The notes beneath the pieces are model-generated. The model had not been told where the DNA came from, made no database searches, and worked only from the letters and a program-made list of their open reading frames with translations. A stretch of DNA of 48,120 nt from Chondromyces sp. (GTDB lineage: Bacteria > Acidobacteriota > Thermoanaerobaculia > Thermoanaerobaculales > Sulfomarinibacteraceae): contig DATIVB010000433.1 in assembly GCA_035466375.1 (NCBI GenBank), positions 1 through 48,120 of the forward strand, given 5' to 3'. Position numbers and translations under genes: made by a program. Below, one piece after another: positions 8,789 to 18,150 of the stretch. Within the stretch, counting starts at the first letter, position 1, and each line of letters begins with the position of its first letter.

Positions 8789-10330
8789 ATGACCATGCGA
8801 CCGATGTTCGTGGCGTGCTCGCTGACCCTGTGCTGGGCCCTCGGTGCGCAGGCGGGACAGCCGACGGTGGAGGAGGTTCGCGACCGGGTCCGCGGCTACC
8901 GCTCGCAGCACGAGGCGGACATCGTCCGCGGGTTGGCGGCACTGGTGGCGCTGCCCAACGACGCCGCGCACCTCGATGACATGACCCGCAATGCCTCCGA
9001 GCTGCGCAAGCTGCTGGCGGCGCGCGGCTTCGAGGTGAGCCCGCTGGAAACCGCCGGCGCACCGCCGCTGGTTCTGGGCCGTCGGCTCGTCGAAGGCGCC
9101 GGACGCACCGTCGTCTTCTACGCCCACTACGACGGGCAGCCGGTGGACCCCGAGCGTTGGACGGACGATCCGTACCGGGCCGTGCTGCGCACCGGACGGG
9201 TCGAGGACGGCGCTCGGGAGCTGGAGCTCGGCGAGCTCGAGCCTCCGCTCGATCCCGAATGGCGGCTCTACGGCCGCTCGACCGCCGACGACAAGGTGTC
9301 GATCGCGGCGCTGCTGGCCGCCGTCGATGCCCTCGATGCCTCGGGGATCACCCCGTCGGTGAACATCACGATCCTGCTCGACGGCGAAGAGGAGCGGGGC
9401 TCGCCGCACATCGCCGGGCTGCTGGGCGCCAACCGGGAGCAGCTCGCCGCCGACCTCTGGGTGTTCTGCGACGGACCCGTGCACCAGACCCGCCTGCCGC
9501 AGGTGGTGTACGGCGTGCGCGGCGTGACCTCGGTCCAGATCACCGCCTATGGCCCGGCGGTGGGTCTTCACTCCGGGCACTACGGAAACTGGGCGCCCGA
9601 CCCCGGCATGTCGCTCGCCCGGCTGGTGAGCTCCCTGCGCGACGACGACGGCGAGGTGCTGGTGGACGGCATCGCAGAGCTGGTGCGCCCCATGAGCGCC
9701 GCCGCCGCTGCCGCCGTCGCAGCGACGCCGCCGGTCGACGAGCAGCTGAAGGCGGAGCTCGCCCTGGCGTGGACGGAAGGAGAGCCGGAACCGCTGGCCG
9801 AGAGGATCACGCGCCCGGCCGCGAACCTGTTGGGTTTCGAGGTCGGGGCGGTGGGAACGCAGGCCGCCAACGTCATCTCGCCGCGGGCCCGGGCGGTCGT
9901 CGGCTTCCGGCTCGTGCCGGAGGTGACGCCGGAGGCGATGCGGGCGGCGGTCGAGAACCACATCCGGTCGCGGGGGTTCCACATCGTCGGGGAGGAGCCC
10001 GACGCTGCTCGGCGGCGAGCGCAGCCGAGGATCGTGCGGCTCGAGTGGGAGGACGGCTACCCCGCGCTGTGGACCGACATGGAGCTGCCGCTGGCGAAAG
10101 CGGTGGCGAGAATCGTCGACGAGGCCGTCGACGGCCCCATCGTACTCGCCCCGAGCCTCGGCGGCAGCCTGCCTCTGGCTGTGTTCTCCGACGCGCTCGG
10201 GGGGCCTCCGATCGTGGTCGTGCCCATCGCCAACCACGACAACAATCAGCACACCGCCGACGAGAACATCCGCCTCGCCAACCTGTGGCGGGGGATCGAG
10301 ATCTACGCCGCTTTGATGGCGGGTCTGTAG
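8789..10330 (+). CDS. Secreted M20 family metallopeptidase (dipeptidase / ArgE-DapE-CPG2-like)
   Basis: Signal peptide MTMRPMFVACSLTLCWALGAQA. Motifs VVFYAHYDGQP, GRSTADDKVSIAA, LLDGEEERGSP, ANHDNNQHTADENI. Confidence 0.85.
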   Translation: MTMRPMFVACSLTLCWALGAQAGQPTVEEVRDRVRGYRSQHEADIVRGLAALVALPNDAAHLDDMTRNASELRKLLAARGFEVSPLETAGAPPLVLGRRLVEGAGRTVVFYAHYDGQPVDPERWTDDPYRAVLRTGRVEDGARELELGELEPPLDPEWRLYGRSTADDKVSIAALLAAVDALDASGITPSVNITILLDGEEERGSPHIAGLLGANREQLAADLWVFCDGPVHQTRLPQVVYGVRGVTSVQITAYGPAVGLHSGHYGNWAPDPGMSLARLVSSLRDDDGEVLVDGIAELVRPMSAAAAAAVAATPPVDEQLKAELALAWTEGEPEPLAERITRPAANLLGFEVGAVGTQAANVISPRARAVVGFRLVPEVTPEAMRAAVENHIRSRGFHIVGEEPDAARRRAQPRIVRLEWEDGYPALWTDMELPLAKAVARIVDEAVDGPIVLAPSLGGSLPLAVFSDALGGPPIVVVPIANHDNNQHTADENIRLANLWRGIEIYAALMAGL

Positions 10331-10342
10331 GCCGCGGGGCGC

Positions 10343-10537
10343 TCAGCCGGACGAGGTCCGGATCACGATCCGCTCGGGACGCGCCGGAGCCGCGTCATGG
10401 TCCGCGCCCGGGGGGTCGTCGAGTCGGAACCACTGCTCGCCGTCGCTGATCAGGGCGGCCGGCCCGGCCTGCCAGAGGACGTCGACCGCCGTCATGGGGC
10501 CGGTGGTCTCGCCGTTTTCGAAGATCCAGTAGGGCAT
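10343..10537 (-). CDS. Small GYF_2-like domain protein
   Basis: ATG at 10537 preceded by GGGAGG. YWIFENGETTGPMTAVDVLWQAGPAALISDGEQWFRL resembles the GYF_2/DUF4339 pattern. Confidence 0.55.
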   Translation of the reverse strand: MPYWIFENGETTGPMTAVDVLWQAGPAALISDGEQWFRLDDPPGADHDAAPARPERIVIRTSSG

Positions 10538-10821
10538 TCCTGCCTCCCACTCGAGCCTGCAGCAAATCGAGTGCCAGATTCTCCCGCGGATTCGAGCGCC
10601 AGGTGGAGTCGACCTGTCCGAGAACGACACATCGGAATGTCCCCGAGCATCAGCTGGAGAGACCGGAGGACGGCGGGAGGGGACTGCGAAGGCGCGGCCC
10701 CGAGCGCGTCATGGGATGCACGGTGCGAACGACATCGATGACTGGGGTGTCGAGCGTCGACGCCGCAGATTCGCAACATTCGCCGCCGCCATGAACGGGT
10801 GGGGAATGTGATCCGCGACCC

Positions 10822-10849
10822 TTGCAGAATTTCTCATATGAGCTATATT
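10822..10849 (+). promoter_or_regulatory. Candidate sigma70-type promoter (TTGCAG-16 nt-TATATT)
   Basis: Located in a locally AT-rich island about 120 nt upstream of the 10972 start. Confidence 0.3.
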
Positions 10850-10971
10850 TCATGAATTAATTCGATACGAGGGAGGAGGACGGTGATCACGGGAGTTTCG
10901 CTTCACTGGTTGCGACGGAGTCTCTTTCTATTAATTTCGGTCAATGATTTCCGCAGATGAAAGGAGGCGAC

Positions 10972-11445
10972 ATGAAGCGCGCACGTTTTGCAGGTTTGTT
11001 TTCGACAGCGGTTGTCATCCTGCTCGCGGGGGCGGCGGTGGACGCCGCCGAGCCCGTGCTGCAGTCTGAAGCCCCGGCGGCGGCGTCGACGGACAAGCCC
11101 GGCGACGCCGCCGTGTCCGCTGATACGGCGATCAAGGTCTTCGGCGTTCAGGTCTTCATCGATCCGAAGACCGGGCTGGTGCGCACCCCCACCCAGGAAG
11201 AGGCCGCGGCTCTCTCGGCAGAGATGCAGCGCCAGTTCGGGGCAAAGGCGCCACGGACCAAGGCAATGTCCGGCCCGGTTGTGCGTGCGGACGGGATCGT
11301 GATGGCGCAGGTGGACATCAGCCTGATGCACTCCTCGGTGGCTCACATCCTCCCTGACGGCACGGTCAGCTTCGACTGCGTCAAGGGACACGACCACGCT
11401 CTCGACGACGCCGAGCGCTCGCCCGCCGGTGCAGAGAAGGAGTGA
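10972..11445 (+). CDS. Secreted hypothetical protein
   Basis: ATG preceded by AAAGGAGG. Signal peptide MKRARFAGLFSTAVVILLAGAAVDA. No recognisable family. Ends 4 nt before the next gene. Confidence 0.6.
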   Translation: MKRARFAGLFSTAVVILLAGAAVDAAEPVLQSEAPAAASTDKPGDAAVSADTAIKVFGVQVFIDPKTGLVRTPTQEEAAALSAEMQRQFGAKAPRTKAMSGPVVRADGIVMAQVDISLMHSSVAHILPDGTVSFDCVKGHDHALDDAERSPAGAEKE

Positions 11446-11449
11446 CGAC

Positions 11450-12850
11450 ATGACACGGCACACGTTTCTGACCCGCGTGATCTGCGGCATCGCTGCGCTC
11501 TTCCTCCTCGCTGCCGGCCACGCGGCGGCGGCGGACATCGTCATCGTCAATCTCGACCCGCCCAACCAGGGCCTCAACGACACGACGCCGGCCACACCGG
11601 TGGGCGGCAACCCGGGCACGACGCTGGGTGAGCAGCGGGCCAATGTTTACCAGCTTGCCGCGCAGCTCTGGGGCAACGCCATCGAGAGCGACGTCCCGAT
11701 CCTCGTCGGAGCGACCTTCCAGCCCCTGGGTTGTTCCCCAACGGGGGGCACCCTGGGCGCCGCGGGCGCGGCATCCGTGTTCGCCAACTTCCCGGGCGCC
11801 ACGGTCGCCAACACGTGGCATCACTCCGCTCTCGCCGACGCCCTCGCCGGCTTCGAACTCAATCCGGGCGACATCGACATCATCTCGTTCTTCAACTCGG
11901 CCATCGATGCCGGCAATCCCAACTGCCTCGGCGGTCGCGGGTGGTACTACGGCTACGACCACAACGAGGGAGCGCAGTTCGACTTTCTGTCGGTGGTGAT
12001 GCACGAGATCGCGCACGGACTCGGGTTCTCGAACTTCGTCAACGAGGCGAGCGGCGGCAACTTCGCGGGTTTGACGGACGTCTACTCACTGTACACGCTC
12101 GACCAGACAACAGGCCTGACCTGGGACCAGATGACCGATGCCGAGCGCCAGGCCTCGGCGGTCAACGGCCCCAACGTGGTGTGGAACGGTCCGAGCACGA
12201 CCGGCATGGCGCCGATGGTGCTGGGGCCGCGCCCGTCGGTCAAGGTGCTGCGTCCGAGCTCCATCGCCGGCAGCTTCGAGGCGCAGCCCGCAGCCTTCGG
12301 CCCGCCGCTGGTGGGACCCGGAGGCACCTCCGGGCAGGTGGTGCTGGCCGACGACGGGGTGGGCGCCGGCTCCGACGCCTGCGAGCCCATCGCCAACAAC
12401 GTCGCCGGCAAGATCGCCCTCATCGACCGCGGCACCTGCGCCTTCACCGTCAAGGTGGCCAACGCGCAGGCCGCCGGCGCGAAAGGTGTGATGGTGGCGA
12501 ACAACGCCCCGGGTGGCCCGGCGCCGATGGGCGGCAGCGATCCGTCCATCACCATTCCGTCGGTGGGCATCACCCTGGCGCAGGGCGACGCCATCAAGGC
12601 CGAGCTGTGGCCGGGCGTCAACGTCAAGCTGCTGCTGGATCCGGACTTCCAGGCCGGTACGTCGGAGGGTTTCGTGCGTCTGTACGCGCCGAGCTCAGTG
12701 GCCCTGGGGTCGTCCATCTCGCACTGGGACACCTCGGCGACGCCGAACCTGCTGATGGAGCCCTTCATCAACTCCGACCTCACCCCGAGCCTGGGCCTCG
12801 ACCTGACGCCGTATCTCTTCGAGGACATCGGATGGACGCTGACGCAGTGA
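11450..12850 (+). CDS. Secreted zinc-metalloprotease-like protein with PA (protease-associated) domain
   Basis: ATG preceded by GAAGGAG, with a signal peptide. HExxH motif (VVMHEIAHGLGF). PA-domain pattern (VAGKIALIDRGTCAFTVKVANAQAAGAKGVMVANN). C-terminal SSISHWD. Confidence 0.8.
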   Translation: MTRHTFLTRVICGIAALFLLAAGHAAAADIVIVNLDPPNQGLNDTTPATPVGGNPGTTLGEQRANVYQLAAQLWGNAIESDVPILVGATFQPLGCSPTGGTLGAAGAASVFANFPGATVANTWHHSALADALAGFELNPGDIDIISFFNSAIDAGNPNCLGGRGWYYGYDHNEGAQFDFLSVVMHEIAHGLGFSNFVNEASGGNFAGLTDVYSLYTLDQTTGLTWDQMTDAERQASAVNGPNVVWNGPSTTGMAPMVLGPRPSVKVLRPSSIAGSFEAQPAAFGPPLVGPGGTSGQVVLADDGVGAGSDACEPIANNVAGKIALIDRGTCAFTVKVANAQAAGAKGVMVANNAPGGPAPMGGSDPSITIPSVGITLAQGDAIKAELWPGVNVKLLLDPDFQAGTSEGFVRLYAPSSVALGSSISHWDTSATPNLLMEPFINSDLTPSLGLDLTPYLFEDIGWTLTQ

Positions 12851-12894
12851 TGAACCTGACCGCAAATTGACGCCACCTCGGAGGCGTCCCTTTG

Positions 12895-12927
12895 GAGACC
12901 GGCGCCCCGCGCCGGTCTCTTTTTCTT
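12895..12927 (+). terminator. Rho-independent terminator
   Basis: Perfect 11-bp stem GAGACCGGCGC/GCGCCGGTCTC followed by TTTTTCTT, 45 nt after the stop at 12850. A smaller hairpin (12869-12888) precedes it. Confidence 0.75.
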
Positions 12928-13370
12928 GCGCCCACGGGGATATCCGAGATCCGGCGCCGGTCGACTCCGTGGGACCCGAACGCGGGAGGCCGACCCCGGC
13001 GACCGGAGTACGACCTGCGGGCATGAGGTTCGCGCGGAAGGGGCACCGAAGGCGTGAGAGTCGCATCGACGGAGTCTTGCCGTCGCCAGCCGTCTGTGAT
13101 ATTGTCGTTCAGTATTTTCAATTTTTCAGGGAAGACCACGGCCTCGCACCGAGACCGGGAGTGGCGCCGTGGGGAGGACCACCGTGGGGCTGTCAAACCA
13201 GCCGTTGTGCGGCGAGACGGAACAGTTCGAACCTCGAAATCTGAGACTGCGTCCGTCTTTCTGGCAGGTGAGCGGCGGTGGACCGGCGTCTGGAAGCGAC
13301 TCGCACGGCCAACCGGCGGCGAGGACCGATTCGAGGACCGCTCGGGTGAGCAGCAAAGGAGGAGAAGACC

Positions 13371-16300
13371 ATGTCGAACTGGACATTGACATTGGGAGAG
13401 CGCGGACCCGGAGAGCACCGGAGGCGACCGTGGCCGATTCCGGTCCTTGCGGTGCTGGTGGGACTCATCGCGATCGCCCTTGCGGGGCCGGTGAGTGCGG
13501 CCGATTGTCCGGATGGTGACGGCGACGGCTACGTGGTGTGCGGAGGGGGATGCACCGTGCCCGCCGGTAAGGCGTGCGGCGACTGCAACGACGGCGTCGC
13601 GGGCATCAACCCCGGAGCCACGGAGCGCTGTGACGACGCGATCGACAGCAACTGCGACGGAGATCCGAACAGCGGGTTCCACATCGGCGCGGACTGCGCC
13701 CTGTGCACGGGCCCCGACTGCGGCGGCGCTCCGTTTTGCATCGTCGGTGTCGACTGCGCCGGGTTCACCGGCGACCTCTGCCTGACGGCTTCAAAGGAGA
13801 GCGACGGTTTCGGAGTGGTCTGTGCACCCGACGGAATCTCCGAGATCTGTGCACCGCCGCTGAACCCGGTGGCGGTCTATGCGGCGGAAGGTCTCGGCTT
13901 GAACAACCTCGGAAACTACGCCGAGGCGACCTGCCTCGACGGCGAGGACAACGACTGCGACGTACTGATCGATGTCGAGGATCCTGGTTGCCAGGCGCCT
14001 GAGATCTGCGACAGCCGCGACAACGACGGCGACGGCCAGGTGGACGAGCTCTTCCCGCTCGGCAACCCGGGCAATGTCGGGCAGCCGTGCTCGGTCGGAG
14101 TCGGCTCGTGCGCCCGCTCGGGCATCTGGGCGTGCGCGGACGACGCCTCGGACGCCGTGTGCGGCGCGCTCCCGGGCAACCCGAAGAACGAGGGGACGCA
14201 GTTCGGCCTCAGCTGCGACAACGGTGAGGACGATGACTGCGACGGCCTCGTCGACCTCCTCGACCCGGACTGCACCGGCTTCGGCCAGCCCGAGCTGTGC
14301 GGCGACGGCATCGACAACGACGGCGACGGCTTCACCGACGAGGGCTTCCCCCAGATCGGCCAGCCGTGCGCGACGGGGGTCGGCGCCTGCGCCACCATCG
14401 GCGAGCTGGTGTGTGACGGCAGCGGCCTCGGCGTCGAGTGCGACGCGGTGGCGGGCCCGCCGGCGGTCGAGAGTCCGGAAACCGGCACCTGCGCCGACTT
14501 CATCGACAACGACTGCGACGGCTTCACCGATGCGGTCGACACGGACTGTGGGGCGGCCTACGCCGACCTCGGCGTGACCTGCTCGCTGCCCTACGTGCGG
14601 GCGCGGCCGGGCTCCGACTGCACCGGCAAGCACATCATCACCTTCGGCGCCGACGCCGACGGAGTGAACCTCCGCGCCGACCTCCTGGCCCTGGGAATGG
14701 ACGGCTCGCTGCTCGGCATCATCGAGGACGTGGGCGACGGCGAGGAGGCCCACCTCGCGAGCCGCATCGATCCCCACGACTTCCGCGTCGACACGGTCTC
14801 CAATCGCAAGGGCGACAAGCACAGCGTCTTCGCACCGATGCCGGTGCTCCGGGTCACCGGCACCAAGGGGACGGTCGAGGACGTGGCCTACTGCAGCATC
14901 ATGCCGTGGCTCGAGGTGACGGCGCCCGACGGCCAGACCATCGCACTCAGCGAGAGCAGCACCCTCGACGTCGAGGGATTCCTGCCGCTGGTCGATGTCG
15001 ACACCCTCGGCATGGCGCTCAACGGCATCGACATCCTGGGCGAGCTCGGAATCGATCCGGAAACCGACTTTCCGACCGGCGGCGGGGCACTCTGCACCGG
15101 GGCCGGAGAGTGCGTGATTCAGATCGAGGCCGGCTGCGGCGACGGCAGCCTGGTGGACGTCGAGATCAGCAACCTCCGGGTCGAGGGCCTTGACCGCGAC
15201 CTGGTCTTCGACGCCAAGGGCGGGGTCGACGAGCCGCTGCAGGTCAACATCTTCGCCTTCACCGTCAGCGGGCTGCCGCCCGGCGGCCACATCTTCTACG
15301 TCAACGGCGAGCCGCTGCCGCTGCTGCCTCGGCTCTCGTCCGAGTGCCTGATCGACGATCTCGCCGACGCCGGCACGGCGTCGGCCTTCGGGATCCAGGT
15401 CGACTCGCCCGAGGACCAGGAGATCGTGGCCTCGGCCCCGGTGTGGGTCGAGGGTACGGCGTGCGGCGGCAACGAGATCGCCGAGCTGCGCATCCAGGGC
15501 AACGACGTTCCGGTGGGCGCCCAGGTCTGCACGCCCGGCGACGGCATGAGCTCGGCCGACGAGTGCGTGCTCGACTTCAGCGAGCCCGTCGATGCGACCG
15601 ATCTCCAGGCCGCCGTGCAGGGGACCGCCGTCGGCGGAACGTTCAACCTCGGGTCCAACCGGGTCATCGTCGACGCCACCGACGACAGGGGCAACCGCAC
15701 CTTCAACACCGGCGTCATCTTCGGGCTCGGTCAGCTGCAGCCGCCCGGCGCGGCCGCCCTGGCGCAGGAGCAGTCCTTCTACAAGGCGGGTGTAGGTATC
15801 GGCGCCGAGCTGAGCAAGCAGACGGCGATGATGCAGAAGGCGCTCGGAGACGAGATCGATCCGGCCTTCGTGATCGGGCTCGAACCGGCGGCGGTCCAGG
15901 ACTTCTTCAACGAGAAGTGCCAGGGCGCCCTCGACCAGTTCGAGACCCAGGCCAGCGCCAACCTGACCGGCAAGGTGTTCGCCACGGTCGACTTCACCCC
16001 GAGCTGCTCCTGCGACCTGAACGATGTTCCGGTTGTGTTGGAGAGCGTGACCTTCCCCGACAACCCGGTCAACCCGCCGGGCTGCTCGGTGGACTTCCAG
16101 GACGACCTCATCGGGATCACAATCTACCTTCCCGACATCCGGGTCCAGGTGGGCGCCCACGACTCGTGCACCGACCGGGGGCTCTTCGGCGAGTGCATCG
16201 CACGGACCAAGATCAACGTCACCGCGGTCAGCCAGATCAGCGATGTGGCCTTCGAGTTCGTGATCACCGAGGACGGGATCGAGAACAAGACCCCGCCCCA

Positions 16301-17888
16301 CCCGGACACCCAGGTCATCACCTGGGTCATCGAGGACCACGACGGCACCGAGCTGTTCTACGGCGGCAGCTGCGCGGGCGGCACCCGCGACGGCGAGTTC
16401 TGTATTTCCGATACGCAGTGTCCCGCAGGCACCTGCGGCTGCGACAAGGCCAGCGGCCAGTGCACCAAGCGCGGCAAGGACCAGGGCTACGACCCCGTGA
16501 CCGCCGAGAACAGCTCCATCGAGTGCTGGGGTGCCGCGGTGTGCAACGCCTTCGCCTCGGTCGGCGCAATCCTCATCGAGGTCTTCACCCTCGGCTTCGC
16601 CGACGGCTTCGAGATCGTGGGCATCATCGACTTCGACGTGGACTTCCAGGAGGACTTCCTGGCCGAGGTCGACGGGGCCGAGCCCGATCCGCTGTCGCTG
16701 GACGAGGTGGAGATCGACGCCGAGGCGGTGGCCTCGTTCGAGCAGGGCACCTTCGTTCCGGGGGCCATCGACGTCGAGATCGACCCCAGCGGGCTCAAGA
16801 TGGAGGTCCCGGCGTCCTTCGTGTCACTGACCATCGATCCGAAAGCCGAGGAGACGCCGGGAGCGGTGATCACCGCGGCTGCCGGTCCGTCCATCTCGGC
16901 GCTGGTCGCGGCCGGCGACGAGATCTCCATCGGGATCGCTGACGACGTCTTCAACCAGCTCTTCGCCTCCATGCGCCAAGCGGGAACGCTCGAGGCCTTC
17001 TGCACCGACATCGACGGGTTGACGGTCGACGGGCTGCTGCCGGCCGAAGGCGACGGGGGCTGCGACAGCCTCGGCGCCGGCGACGGCGAGGTGACCGGCG
17101 GCGACGCCATCGTGCAGGGCATGTGCCACGCCATCCGCGGCGCCGACTGCCTGAGCCTCACGGGCGACACCCTGCTCCTCACAAACAACAAGAAGGGCGC
17201 CTGCGTCGGCTTCTCCGGCGGTGACTGCACCACTCTCAACCTCGGCGCCAAGGTCATTTGCGACGCGGTGCCGGCGCGAGACCTTCACGCCGACGACCCG
17301 GTGCTGCTGTGCGCGCGCCAGGACGTGGAGCCGCTGCTCCTGTTCCAGAATGACGACGCCACCGACAGCACCGTCGACACCGATCTGCTGCTCAACGACA
17401 CCAACGTCGTGTTCGCGATCGACAAGTCGGGCGACGGCTACACCGGCGAGCTCGAGGACCTACAGGGCTGCTTCGGCGAGGAGGGCGACGCGGCCCCCGA
17501 TTGCCTGCTGTACGCGGTCTGCCTCGACCTCACGCTCAAGACCACGATGGGCATCGACAACTCCACCTGTGCACCGGGCCAGACCGGTTTCATCTTCTCG
17601 GTCAACCAGGTCGTCACCTCGGGCCTCCAGCCGGGGGTGATGTGCAGCGCCGCGACCGGGGCTGACGATCAGCTCATCACCGGCGAGGGCTTCGACAGCG
17701 TGGTCGTCGACACGGTGTCGGACGCGGCCGAGTCCTTCACGCCGCCGTTCTGCGCCGACGGCCTGACCCTTGGCGGGGTGCTCGACTTCACCGGCGACGA
17801 CGCCAAGATGTTCGCCATCACCACCGACGAGGCCACCACCGGCTTCGCCGACTTCCTGTTCCTCACCGGAGCACTGACGTCACCCTGA
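13371..17888 (+). CDS. Giant secreted acidic Cys-rich protein with N-terminal MopE/thrombospondin-type-3-like metal-binding repeats
   Basis: 1505-aa ORF with ATG preceded by AAAGGAGGAG. Signal or anchor segment WPIPVLAVLVGLIAIALAGPVSA. The remaining ~1100 aa are D/E-rich with scattered Cys and no domain I recognise. Confidence 0.85.
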   Translation: MSNWTLTLGERGPGEHRRRPWPIPVLAVLVGLIAIALAGPVSAADCPDGDGDGYVVCGGGCTVPAGKACGDCNDGVAGINPGATERCDDAIDSNCDGDPNSGFHIGADCALCTGPDCGGAPFCIVGVDCAGFTGDLCLTASKESDGFGVVCAPDGISEICAPPLNPVAVYAAEGLGLNNLGNYAEATCLDGEDNDCDVLIDVEDPGCQAPEICDSRDNDGDGQVDELFPLGNPGNVGQPCSVGVGSCARSGIWACADDASDAVCGALPGNPKNEGTQFGLSCDNGEDDDCDGLVDLLDPDCTGFGQPELCGDGIDNDGDGFTDEGFPQIGQPCATGVGACATIGELVCDGSGLGVECDAVAGPPAVESPETGTCADFIDNDCDGFTDAVDTDCGAAYADLGVTCSLPYVRARPGSDCTGKHIITFGADADGVNLRADLLALGMDGSLLGIIEDVGDGEEAHLASRIDPHDFRVDTVSNRKGDKHSVFAPMPVLRVTGTKGTVEDVAYCSIMPWLEVTAPDGQTIALSESSTLDVEGFLPLVDVDTLGMALNGIDILGELGIDPETDFPTGGGALCTGAGECVIQIEAGCGDGSLVDVEISNLRVEGLDRDLVFDAKGGVDEPLQVNIFAFTVSGLPPGGHIFYVNGEPLPLLPRLSSECLIDDLADAGTASAFGIQVDSPEDQEIVASAPVWVEGTACGGNEIAELRIQGNDVPVGAQVCTPGDGMSSADECVLDFSEPVDATDLQAAVQGTAVGGTFNLGSNRVIVDATDDRGNRTFNTGVIFGLGQLQPPGAAALAQEQSFYKAGVGIGAELSKQTAMMQKALGDEIDPAFVIGLEPAAVQDFFNEKCQGALDQFETQASANLTGKVFATVDFTPSCSCDLNDVPVVLESVTFPDNPVNPPGCSVDFQDDLIGITIYLPDIRVQVGAHDSCTDRGLFGECIARTKINVTAVSQISDVAFEFVITEDGIENKTPPHPDTQVITWVIEDHDGTELFYGGSCAGGTRDGEFCISDTQCPAGTCGCDKASGQCTKRGKDQGYDPVTAENSSIECWGAAVCNAFASVGAILIEVFTLGFADGFEIVGIIDFDVDFQEDFLAEVDGAEPDPLSLDEVEIDAEAVASFEQGTFVPGAIDVEIDPSGLKMEVPASFVSLTIDPKAEETPGAVITAAAGPSISALVAAGDEISIGIADDVFNQLFASMRQAGTLEAFCTDIDGLTVDGLLPAEGDGGCDSLGAGDGEVTGGDAIVQGMCHAIRGADCLSLTGDTLLLTNNKKGACVGFSGGDCTTLNLGAKVICDAVPARDLHADDPVLLCARQDVEPLLLFQNDDATDSTVDTDLLLNDTNVVFAIDKSGDGYTGELEDLQGCFGEEGDAAPDCLLYAVCLDLTLKTTMGIDNSTCAPGQTGFIFSVNQVVTSGLQPGVMCSAATGADDQLITGEGFDSVVVDTVSDAAESFTPPFCADGLTLGGVLDFTGDDAKMFAITTDEATTGFADFLFLTGALTSP
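13506..14549 (+). repeat. Six Cys/Asp-rich repeats (C-x-DG-x-DNDCDG-x-x-D type)
   Basis: CPDGDGDGY...CDDAIDSNCDGD; CLDGEDNDCD; CDSRDNDGDGQVDE; CDNGEDDDCDGLVD; CGDGIDNDGDGFTDE; CADFIDNDCDGFTD. Confidence 0.7.
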
Positions 17889-17910
17889 CGCCGGGCCCCT
17901 GAATCATGCC

Positions 17911-17936
17911 GGCCCCGGTCCCCGCGGACCGGGGCC
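17911..17936 (+). terminator. Terminator-like hairpin (11-bp stem GGCCCCGGTCC/GGACCGGGGCC)
   Basis: Lies 23 nt after the stop at 17888. The following T-tract is weak (GTGTCTTCTG). Confidence 0.45.
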
Positions 17937-18150
17937 GTGTCTTCTGAAGCCGTTCGATCGCGGAGGTTTAACCTTTGAGTCTGTGCTATTCTGTCGAAAA
18001 TCGGGAACCACCGAACCAGCATGGATCACGGTGTCGGGACTGTGCACACACGACGGTCGGGACTCGGGATCGAGCACGGTTCGGACCGACACGGATCGGG
18101 GGGGCCCGGAGAAAAATCGCGATGCAACCGCCGTCGCCGGGAGAGGCACT

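Noticed and set aside
10650-10853. 67-aa minus-strand ORF starting in the AT-rich island
   Set aside because: It starts inside the predicted promoter of the plus-strand operon and has no RBS, mixed codon bias and no motifs.
12930-13370. Possible riboswitch (for example cobalamin) in the long leader of the giant gene
   Set aside because: I could not find a B12-box or any other conserved riboswitch core by eye. Only generic GC-rich hairpins are present, so this needs an Rfam scan.
13791-16340. 849-aa minus-strand ORF
   Set aside because: It lies antisense to the 1505-aa Cys-rich protein gene. The composition (V/D/G/A/R runs) mirrors the sense strand's codon bias, and there is no RBS or recognisable domain.
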